In this document: positions 35,225 through 45,006 of the stretch, piece by piece
Layout of the letters: the number at the start of each line of letters is the position of its first letter
Numbering within the stretch: position 1 is the stretch's first letter
Source of the DNA: Chiloscyllium plagiosum
Lineage: Eukaryota
Reading direction: 5' to 3'
DNA: 45,006 bases
Assembly (NCBI RefSeq): GCF_004010195.1
Contig: NC_057728.1
Coordinates: 51,899,444 to 51,944,449, forward strand
The notes under the pieces: model-generated
Databases searched by the model: none
What the model was told of the DNA's origin: nothing
Seen by the model: only the letters and a program-made list of their open reading frames with translations
Program-made: the position numbers and the translations under genes

Positions 35225-35452
35225 TCACAGAATCATAGAGATGTACAGCATGGAAACAGACCCTTCGGTCCAACTTGTCCATGTCAACCAGATATCCTAA
35301 ATTTATCTAGTCCCATTTGCCAGCACGTACCCCTCTAAACCCTTCCTATTCATGTACCCACCCAGATGCCTTTTCAATTCACAATGTCCTCTGGCAGCTC
35401 ATTCCATACACACACCACCCTCTGCATGAAAACATTGCCCTTTAGGTCCATT
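35225..35452 (-). mobile_element. CR1 3' end
   Basis: catagagatgtacagcatggaaacagacccttcggtccaac tail, as at 31115. Confidence 0.88.
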
Positions 35453-35837
35453 TTGTCATAGTTGTCAGCAATCCTCAGTCAGGCCAAGGGAAATAGCCTC
35501 TGACATTGGTCCAGGGGCTTAGACACAGTCAGTCAGCCACAGCTGTATTGACTCTGCCTTATTGTGGGGCTGTATTCCTTCAGGCATGAGAAAGAGGAAT
35601 GTGTTAAGGGTGGTGAAATTGGGCGGCACAGCACTTACTTTTGGTGCAGGTTGGAAGGTGTCCCAAGCGAGTCAGTGGGCAGCAGAGGGTATGCAGGGTT
35701 AGTGGTAATGGGGGTTTGGGTGGGTGACAGAAGTGAAGGAAGATATTGCAGGCAATGTAGAGAGTGTGGGAGGCTGGTACATACAGTTACAGAGATACAG
35801 TGAGTGTATGGTCTCAGAGAGAAGAGAGTGGCACTCA

Positions 35838-36020
35838 TGTTGGCAGAATTTAGAAGGACATTGACCTTCTTCCTCAGGGTGGGCATCCCTCCAGACAACT
35901 GAGACTGCAGTGACCCAGGTGGTAATTTCCAACCAGCCTGGCCCAGTCTGGTGTTGTGGCCTCCACTGCTGGTCCTGAGGGAACAGGAAGCCCCATTACA
36001 ATCCACCTGCAAGCAAAGTA
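35838..36020 (-). pseudogene. PIF/Harbinger-type Myb/SANT-like DNA-binding protein remnant
   Basis: Manual translation FLFPQDQQWRPQHQTGPGWLEITTWVTAVSVVWRDAH/-RKKVNVLLNSA resembles the W..I...V.AVS...R...CRKK.NDL trihelix pattern. Confidence 0.55.
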
Positions 36021-36944
36021 GGGCATTAATTTTCTCTGCTCTAGCATGTCCAGGAAAAATGTCAGGAACCCATACAGAGCAGCTCCAGACCGACAGAGCA
36101 CATCCAATTGCATGGCAACAGTAGCAAGTTGTTCAGGGTACAACGAGTGGGGCTAGAATCGGACAAGAAGAGTGTCATGAAGTGGGGTGGGTAGATAACG
36201 AGGCAAGTGGTGAGAGATCTTGCTCGGTCTCATGGAGAGAAACCCTCCAAAAAACTCAAATAACTGTTAGTTATCCAAAACAAAAGTGAGAGTCAGCCTT
36301 AGGTTAAGATAACAAGGAGCTAACCAGCTACCTGGAAATTAGTTGATTAACTCATTATGTTGGTCGATGTAAAGAGGGAAGGGGTGGGACTGGTGTGCAA
36401 AAAGAGCTGTAGAACTGAGAAATTAATGAACTCTATCCACAAAGAAAGCTGTCTTGGTATTCTACCTCAACAACTGGTCAGATCCAAGAAAACACTGGTC
36501 ACAGAGGATGGATGTCTAAAGGTGAAGATTGAAACCGAGAGTTCTTTTGAGACAGAGGGTGTAATTCGAATACTTCTGAGAAGAATAGATGAACCAAGCG
36601 CAAATAGGAAATGTTTTGTTCCGTATATGATTTCCTAGCAACATTTGGTGAAGCTGAACCCTACAATGAATGGTAAATGCAGAGGACATGTGAACATGGT
36701 CCCACCTTTAATAAAGAAAAAACCCAAAGTTTGTCCTTAGCACTATCCCTATCAGAGAAAGGCCAAACAGAAAATACTATAAGAGCTCAAATCGCAACAA
36801 TTTGATACTGAACAAAGTTTGGAAATTCCATTAAATAGTTGTGGACTAAATTTATAAGAAAATATTAAATACACATAAAATATGGTCAGAGCTTGATACA
36901 TCTAGAAAACATGATAAATGATGAAATTTCAAAGCAAAATATGT

Positions 36945-37137
36945 CAGAGCTGGAAGTCTGTAATAAACACAGAAAATCTGGAGAAACACTACAGGTCTGG
37001 CAGCATCAATGGAGAGAGACAAACAGAGTTAACAACTTGAATCAGAATTGATGAAGAGTCCTACCAGATTCGAAATGTTAACTCTGTTTCTTACTGCACA
37101 GATGATGCCAGACCTGCTGAGCTTCTCCAGCATTGTG
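36945..37137. mobile_element. Penelope-type fold-back element (third family)
   Basis: caggtctggcagcatc..aaacagagttaaca and tgttaactctgttt..gatgccagacctg arms, with tgatgaagagtc..gattcgaaatgtta in the centre. Confidence 0.75.
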
Positions 37138-37489
37138 CGTGTAATGGAATTTAACAGATTACGTGCAAGATTTCTACTTTGAGATTCCTAATTCAGTGCT
37201 TGCCTTTAAATTGTTGCACTGCGCTAAGGTGTTAAGTATGATAGACCTCTAGTATTAACCAGGTTTGGGTTTTCAGAAAGCCAAAGGATTTTGGAACAAA
37301 GGTCAGGAGCCTTAATATATCCTTGGAGAAACATTCATTCCCAGCAGTTTTCATAGCCCAAACTCGGATATTCAGCAGTTCCACAAAGAATGGAACAGTC
37401 AAATGCTTTATGAGACCACCCAAATATTGAGAGGGGTAGAGAGGAAATCTTTGCAGTGTATGCCAAAAGGTTCCTGAAGGTGGCAAAGC

Positions 37490-38305
37490 AAGTAGATAAA
37501 TTGATAAAGAAGGCATTTGAGATAGCTTCCTTCATAGTGCGAGGTATTGAATATACAAGCAAGATCTAATACTAGAACCATACAAGACACTTGATTAAGC
37601 CATTGCAGAGGTTTTGTGTACAGTCTGATCATCACATTAGAGGAAGGATGTCTATGTCTCTGGATAGAAAATAGAGGAGATTTTTAAGAATGTAGCAGGG
37701 CTTGAAAATAGCAGCTGAGGAATGAAAACTGAAAGAAGTGCAAATGCTGAAAATCAGAAACAAAAATAGAAATTGCTGGAAAAAGCAATCAGGCAGCATC
37801 AGGGTTCTGAGGAAGAGTCACTGGACCCAAAACGTTAACTTTGATTCCTCTCCACAGATGCTGCCAGACCTGCTGAGCTTTTCCAGCAATTTCTGTTTTT
37901 CTAGCTATGAGCAATGATTGGGTAGGCTAGGTTGGTTAACATAGGAGAGAGGAAGCTCAGGGGTGAATTACTGAGGTGTGCAAATAATGAGGGGCTTGGA
38001 TAGAGTGAAGAGGTTATCAAGGGCACAAATTTAAAGTAAGTGGCAGAAGGTTTAAATGGGGACATGAGTAAAAAATATTCTCATCCAGAGGATGGCGAGT
38101 GTCTGAAATTCATTGTCCTGTTTCGTGGGTGAGATGGAAACCCTTAACTCATTTTAATAGGAACCTGGAACTGAATCTGCAAGGCTACAGAGTAGGTGTG
38201 GGAAGGAATTTTTAGAGCGGTAGCTAGTATATTCTGTTAGTGCAAATATAATGGACTGAATTGCCTTTTATGTGCATTAACTTTTCTATGGCTGTATGAT
38301 TCTCT
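37490..38305 (+). mobile_element. Degenerate CR1 3' fragment containing a fold-back insertion at ~37725-37900
   Basis: RGIEYTS..YKTLIKP; the insert has CTGAGGAAGAGTCactgGACCCAAAACGTTA and inverted gaaattgctggaaaa arms. Confidence 0.75.
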
Positions 38306-39146
38306 AAACAAAATATTAATGTGGTGTTATTGGCATCAGGGGATATGGGCTGAAAGGAAAAAAATGTTAATTATCCTAAAACTGCATCAGCAACCTGCCC
38401 ACCCATCTTCACATAGGTTAAGGTTAAAAAATGTACAAAGCAGGCCAGTTAAGTTTGCCAATGACGAACTTAAAAACGGATGAAACTAAGGACATTGTGG
38501 GAATGAGAAAAGTAATAGTTCTAAAGACTTAGAAAGCTTCGTAATTTGGAGTGTGTGAAAGTAATTGACTGCTAATAGATAAGATGCTTCATAAAATCTT
38601 AATAGAAATGTAAATTAATATCTGCCAATGGGCAGTCCAGAGGAGAACTCACTGCAAATGGTTGGGGGCTATAGCCAATTAGTTTTCAGGATAAATCCAA
38701 AAATTCCTTTGTAGTGAGTGATCATCTCAAACTTGGACATTTTTGAGCACTTAAATAGCTTGCAAACAGGGAAAAGGGCATTCATTAAAGGCTGATATTT
38801 GACAGAAAATTCGCCAAGCCTTGTAGCATTGTATGAAGCCATCAGAAATAAATTTTAGTCCAGAGAAAATGGTGTATTACAGAAGGGAACAGCGATAAGG
38901 TTATATCGATAGTAACGCTGCAATAGTAATTTTATAGCTGGCAACAACAGCGTGGACACAATCCTCAAGGTAAAACGTTCCTGATTACACACTGACGGAA
39001 TCTGATCAAGTGATAGAAAGTGATGTGGCACCATCCTCTTCTCGTGAACAATTGTGAGAACAAGATTGTAGCAGATGAAGAACTGATGGAATATGGACAA
39101 AGTTTCACAGAGACTCAGGACAAGGCTACTTGTCCCAGAGGAGTCA

Positions 39147-39620
39147 TGATTTGGAGATGCCGATGTTGGACTGGGGTTACAAAGTTAAAAAATCACACAA
39201 CGCCAGGTTGTAGTCCAACAGGTTTAGTTGGAAGCACTAGCTTTCGGAACGATGCTCCATCAGGTAGTTGTGGAGGACACAATTGTAAGGCAAGAATTTA
39301 TAGCAAAAGTTTACAGTGTGATGTAACTCAAATCATACATTGAAAAATACCTTGATTGTACAATCAATATATCATTTCAGTTACATCACACTGTAAACTT
39401 TTGCTATAAATTCTTGCCTTACAATTGTGTCCTCCACAACCACCTGAAGGAGCAGTGCTCCAAAAGCTAGTGCTTCCAATTAAACCTATTGGACTATAAC
39501 CTGGTATTGTGTTTTTAACTTGTGTCCTCCACAACCACCTGAAGGAGCAGTGCTCCAAAAGCTAGTGCTTCCAATTAAACCTATTGGACTATAACCTGGT
39601 ATTGTGTGATTTTTAACTTT
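39147..39620. mobile_element. Penelope-derived inverted plus tandem terminal-repeat structure
   Basis: ~170-bp inverted arms centred near 39358 plus a tandem ~95-bp copy (39426-39520 and 39521-39620). Diverged TSD ttgtcccagaggag / ttgtcctacaggag. Confidence 0.85.
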
Positions 39621-40169
39621 GTCCTACAGGAGAACAACTGAAAGTCGATATAAAAAGTAACAATTTCCTGAAGGGGCTAGTGAATGGAAAGGTGCCAGCT
39701 TTGTAAGAACAGCAGGGAAAGCTACCGACAAATACATATATGCTCCAAATACACAAGACCAGGGACAGAAGGTAAGATCTCGGGATTGTCAAAAATCTGA
39801 CAAAAATATGGAACGCCAGAATCTGCACTAGAAGTTCTGAAAGTGGACCTGAAAGTAAACATGACCCTCAGAAAAGAAAATTATGAAAGGAATTCCAATC
39901 ATAGCAGAGAGAGAGAGACCTGGTAGTAGTATCCAGAACATGATGGAAAGATGGGTAGAGATTCTGAAGAAAGGTCACTGCACCTTCAACATTAATTCTG
40001 TTTTCTCTCCACAGATATGTCAAGACCTGCTGAGTTTCTCTAGCAATTTCTGCTTTTGTTTCTGATTTCCAGCATCCACACTTCTTTGATTTTTTGTTGG
40101 GCTGAAGTTGAACAAATAACAATGATAATGGAACAGGCTAGGAATATCACAAAAAGTAGAAGCCATTAA

Positions 40170-40465
40170 GATCAAGAACATACGTATTAAAAGCTGAAGT
40201 AGGCCATTTGGCCCATCAAACCTGCTCCACCTTTCAATAAGGTCATACTTAATCTGTTTGAGTTCCAAACCCCACATTTCCATCTACTCCCAATAATCTT
40301 TGATTCCCTGCCTAAAAAGGAGCTATCTGCCTCCATCTTAAAAATATTCAGTGACTCCTTCCTCCATTGCCTTCTGTGGCAAAAAGTCCCAAAATTATAC
40401 AGCTTCCCGGAATATAAAAAAACATTATTTTCATCTCTGTGCTAAGAGGGTGACTCCTGATTAAT
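40170..40465 (-). mobile_element. CR1 3' end
   Basis: gaagtaggccatttggcccatcaaacctgctcc tail. Confidence 0.8.
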
Positions 40466-40628
40466 TTAAAACAAAGAACTAATACAAAAAAAACAAAACA
40501 AAGAACTAAGGACTCTTGTGGAACAGTGATTGTGTCTCATGATGATAAGCCAGAGGCCCTCGTTCAAATCCCATCTACTCCAGCGGTATGTCATAACATC
40601 TCTGAAGAAATTATTGGGAAAATATGAT

Positions 40629-40975
40629 AACAAAGAATTATGGTTTACATTGCTTTTAACAGGCTTTGCATGTAAATATTCAATTGGCCACATGGGTGAT
40701 TTTTTTGGGGTTAATAGTTAAAAACAAAAAAGGTCCTGGTGATTTGAAGAAGGGGAAAAAATTTTCAGTAGTGTGTGATAGCATTTCAGATATATAGAAA
40801 AACAAGGAACTGTAGTTTGCATTACCCATTATGGCATTTGCATGTAAATTATTCAGTTGGTAAACACAGGTCATTTTCTGGTTGTGGTTAATAGATCAAA
40901 AAAAACAAAGGTGATTTGATAATGGGAATAAAAATATCCAGTTGAGTGGATGAGAATTTTTGGATTAAGAAAAAA
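40629..40975. repeat. Diverged ~172-bp tandem duplication
   Basis: Units start aacaaagaattatggtttacatt (40629) and aacaaggaactgtagtttgcatt (40801) and share tttgcatgtaaat, ggttaatag and ggtgatttga. Confidence 0.8.
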
Positions 40976-41289
40976 CACAAATATAAAGGGAGAAAAGGTG
41001 GGATAGGTTTATAGAAAGTGCTGCAAAACTGAATAGTTAATCAATTGTATTTGTTTCTGTCTCATCAAGTGGCCATGGATCTAAATTGATGACTGCTTCA
41101 GAGAGCTAAGGAGCATATAGCTTCTAGGATAGTTAATTTTTTAATTCATTTTTTGTGGGATGCAGGTGTCACTGGCTGGCCAGAATTTATTGCCCATCCC
41201 TCGGTGCCCTTGTGTGGACACCAACATCCTGAGCTACTCTGGACCAGTATGGACCAGGTAGCAGTATTGGCTCAAAAGTACAAGATCAA

Positions 41290-41730
41290 GCAACTCTCTC
41301 TACCTGTCTCTCTCTCTCTCTCTTTCACTGACCCTGTATCCTCACTCCTCTCTTCCTGCATCTTTCAATCCCTGTGTCATTCTCTCTCTCTTTCTCTCTC
41401 TCTAAGTATTTTCTCATTTCCTCCACTACCATCTGTTCCTCTCCCTCCCTGTCTTACTGGTAATTTTCCCTGTCCCTCTGTCTTGTCCAGTCTCTCTCTC
41501 TCTACATAGTACTGTTTCTGTCTCAGCTCCTGTGTCTCATTCAGTTTCTCTGCCTCCTTCTCTCCTTCCATCTCTCTCACTCCCCACCTCTCTCTCTCTC
41601 TCTCTCCACCAGTCTCTTCCCCCATCCCCATCTCTCTCCGCTTGTCCCTTTCTCTAGTTTCCCCTTTGTCCTGGCTTTTTTTCCCTACTTCAATCTGTCA
41701 CTTTCTCTGTCTCCTTCCCTCTCTCCCCAG
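41290..41730. repeat. (CT)n-rich low-complexity tract
   Basis: Visible dinucleotide runs. Confidence 0.92.
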
Positions 41731-42135
41731 GGCCATTTCAGAAGGCAGTTATGAGACACCCCAGTTGCTGTGGGACTGGAGTCACATGTAGATCAGCTGG
41801 GTAAAGATGGATGCTGCCTGACCTGTTGTGCTTTTCCAGCACTATTCTAATCTCGACTCTGACTTCCAGCATCTGCAGTCCTCACTTTTGCTGCAAAGAT
41901 GGCAGATGCCCCTGCCTAAAGAACATGGTTGAATCAGATGTACTTTTACGAGAATAGATTATAGTTTACCGTTCATGAATCTCTGAGGCTGGCATTCCAT
42001 TGCAGATTTATATATTCACTGACTTAAACTCCACATGGATCGGGACTGTGGCGGTGGGGGCGGGGTGGAATCGGGAGGAGGTGAGTTTAACCCTGGGTAT
42101 CTGGATTTCCAGTGCACATTGCTATGACACCAACA
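41730..42135 (-). mobile_element. SINE family A (tail at ~41140-41210), with a Penelope terminus inserted at 41811-41894
   Basis: gggccatttcaga..ggactggagtcacatgtag; the insert is flanked by aaagatgg at 41803-41810 and 41895-41902. Confidence 0.75.
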
Positions 42136-43694
42136 TCTCCCCTGAGTTAACATGGAGCTGCAGCGGTGTGTGCTGGAGCGTGGAACTCCCCATTCTCTGT
42201 CTCAACCCCAGCTCAGGGATTGCTCGAGTGTCCCCAAAGATCTGACCCGCACACCCTCATGAACATGTCCCCAACACTCAGGCCCTTTCCTGCAGCCCAC
42301 AATGGAAACGCCCCTGAAATCTGTTTGGTTTCCAGGCCGAACAGTAACTAAGGCAGAGGGAATCTATACTGGTGATCCCAGCCAGAGACCCTGGATACGG
42401 CGGGGTCTTTCTCAACTTCTTAGTGGCTTAACAAACTGAAGATCACTCTTGGGTCAGTCTCCCCTCGCTGACCAGGGTTTGGGACAATATTTGCCGAACT
42501 TTTAAGTTCAAGGGCGAGCCTGAAAGAGTTGTAAGAAACTAAAGCAAGCTTCACTTTGTCAGCGGTACTCGACAGCAGGAGAAAAGATTAACAAATTCAA
42601 ACACTGCCGGGAAACTAATGAATGTTTAATTTCTACTTTTCCTTTTTTTAAAAAAACGAAATTATTGACCAATTCGTTTGACAGTAAGTTAGGATGGCTG
42701 AGAGTTCGGAATGATTTATCCCAGTTGCAAAAAATAAATGGTTTGTTGCAATTCAGAAGCACCGGGGTAGATTTAAATGAGAAATGTTTAAAGTTGGTCT
42801 AAATTCAACATCGAGCAAGCAGATAACCCAAATAAACATAAAAACTATAAAATTAAATCACTGTTAAGTTTCCCAAATCTCGCTGCAACTATAATCATTT
42901 GTTAATTAGAGGAAAGAAAATCTGGGAGACAGTTGGGGGGGGGGGGGGAGAAAAAAACGACAGATCCTGAATGGTCAGTCAGAATTAAACTTTAATTATT
43001 AATTTGGGGGTGGGTTCGACCAGTTCAGCAGTTTCTAATCCCTTTGGAATATTGCTTTTCTCTCGGCCTTACTTTGTTTCGGTATTTAGCGCTGACACGC
43101 TACAAGATTTGATGAAAAGTCCATTTCGGAACAATTATTGGGAGAAATCAAAATTGCAGAAAGAATCCGTAAGGGGGGGTGTTCAAAATAAACACTAAAT
43201 TCGAACCTCAGACCACAGGAAGACTTGGAAATTCATTTCGTCGAACTTGGGAAAAGTTTAAAGTTTTTTTTTAATCCAGTTTACTATTTACGCCGTTTCA
43301 ATCACAAAACAACCAATTCGAGCAATCTTCCCCCACCTCCCCACATTGTAGCACTCCCCTGAGTGACTGTTCGCAGGCAATTCAATGCAATCGTTTCTGC
43401 CCTGTGCAGAAGTCAAAATTGTGCCGATATACCATTGCACCGCGATAAGGTAACATCTCAGGCTGATCCAGATAACTTAAAATCTTCTTCAAATAACTGT
43501 TTCGATAATATCCCGGAGTTTTAATCAGCCATGAAGGGGGTTTATTCATTTAGCGAAATAAACCTAAATTAGTTGATGGTTTGCAAATAGCTCATGGATT
43601 TACATATTACAGTTAATTATAATGTTTAGTTTATTACTCTTGAGGCAAATGTACTTATCGATCTATTATTGTTCCTTACTGTATTCATTTGCAG

Positions 43695-43870
43695 TTTTGC
43701 TCCTGAAATTAAAATATTTAATCGTTGTATTACTCCTGAAATTGAATATTTATTTTGTTTATCGTTCATGAAATTGAAATTATTTAATGCGTTACTCCTG
43801 AAATTGAAGCATTTGTTTAGTCTGATACTCCTGAAATTGAAGTATTTATTTGGTGCGTTACTCCTGAAAC
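43695..43870. repeat. AT-rich minisatellite, ~30-34-bp unit, about 5.5 copies
   Basis: Recurrent tactcctgaaattgaa-tattt core. Confidence 0.88.
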
Positions 43871-44159
43871 GACTTAGAATGTATTACTTTTGGAAGAGTA
43901 AGTTATGAGTATATTGGCCTGGAAGATGTATTTACTGAAGTATTAGTTCGGATGCTAACCCATTCATTTTGGGGCTCTCTTGCTGAACTTAGTCCTCAAC
44001 CAATACCTCAAAAAATGAACAAATAATTGTGTACATCTCTCTATTGACTCCAGACCGGCAGGTTCCCGGAAGCGAGCAGCTTCTACCCCGTTTAGGAATC
44101 GCGTCGGTTTTACGGCAAATCACATTTTGGAACCTTGGACAGTCACTGCACCATTCCCC

Positions 44160-44257
44160 CAACACACACAAACACACACACACACAGACACTCACAGACA
44201 GACAGACAGACACATACACACCAACACACACACACAGACACACACACACAAAACACG
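44160..44257. repeat. (CA)n/(CAGA)n microsatellite
   Basis: Visible runs. Confidence 0.93.
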
Positions 44258-45006
44258 GATACTTCTCAAAACAAAAGAGACAATATTTGTGTGAAGGCTG
44301 TTTAAGCTGCGGGTTACACAGGGATCAATAGACAATTGCCTGTCACTGTCACTGTCTCCTGAAGATGAGAGACATGTAGAAACAGAGAAAGACTTTTGTA
44401 CAATCACCAGTTACAGCAAGTCTCTTACATCCATTCTCAAAGATATACTGGGAGAGTAAAGCAACCACGACTTCAGGGAGATTCTGTAATATTTGAGGAA
44501 CCAGTGGGAAGGTATAATTCCACACTGTTCCTGAGAACCAGACTCCAACAGCGGGGGAACTGGTTGGGGACACTGGGGTTTACTGTGAAACCTTTTCCCC
44601 AACAGTTGCTCTGTTTTCCCGCTGCAGTTCACCACTAGAGTTGTTCTCCTTAGAACAGAGAAAGCGCTGGAGAGAGGTGTATAAAATTAACCAGAGAGAT
44701 AGAATTAATCAGTGCAACCGTTTACCAACCAGGCAGGAGGATTAGGAATCGGAGGACTGACACATTGTAGATCATTGCCACAAAAAAGTAGTTGGGGAGA
44801 GGGAAGAAATTCGTTTTCTTAAAATACACAGCCAGTTCCTATGATCTGCAATACTCTGCCTGAAAGGGTGGTGCAAGCAGACTTGGCAGCAACTTTCAAA
44901 AAGGAATTGAAACCAAAGTTCTGAACAAGATCATACAAGGTGAGGAGGGAAGAACGGGGGTGAGGGGAGACGGGTGGAGGAGGGAAAGAGAGGAGGAGGG
45001 ACACGG

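Larger units (their letters stand above)
36350..39850 (+). mobile_element. Highly decayed LTR-retrotransposon pol remnant, fragmented by later insertions
   Basis: Weak collinear motifs: KIETESS (protease-like, ~36525), RNase H-like segment at ~38710, ENGVL at ~38865. Confidence 0.4.

Noticed and set aside
36105..36120. X-box half-site CATGGCAAC
   Set aside because: Only one half-site matches, and it lies inside a probable transposon relic.
43695..43870. CRISPR-like repeat-spacer array
   Set aside because: Eukaryotic intron, no cas genes, and the 'spacers' are related to each other, so this is a minisatellite.
19695..45006. RFX4 first coding exon (MHCGLLEEPDMDST)
   Set aside because: No matching sequence was found by eye on the minus strand; it is probably beyond the window.

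Overview
Vertebrate genomic DNA, almost certainly from a shark or ray: it carries HE1-type SINEs, abundant CR1-clade LINEs and Penelope-like elements. The window lies inside the RFX4 transcription-factor gene on the minus strand. Four coding exons were read by hand (19605-19694, 17921-17981, 17368-17491, 10272-10333). All have canonical AG/GT junctions and compatible phases, and they splice into ...[113 protein letters not shown]..., which is the N-terminus and most of the RFX winged-helix domain. The first exon and the next downstream exon were not found and probably lie outside the window. The rest is intron, largely decayed transposons (CR1, L2, Gypsy LTR, Penelope, SINEs, MITEs, a Harbinger remnant) and microsatellites. 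No intact novel protein-coding system is evident. The most notable observations are: many short fold-back elements derived from Penelope termini, carrying minimal hammerhead-ribozyme cores and 8-16 bp target-site duplications; a Gypsy remnant with a Gmr1-like domain order; a 23-bp perfect inverted-repeat element; possible alternative RFX4 splice options; and several candidate neural enhancers. Repeat boundaries are approximate, and family names come from motif recognition, not database searches.
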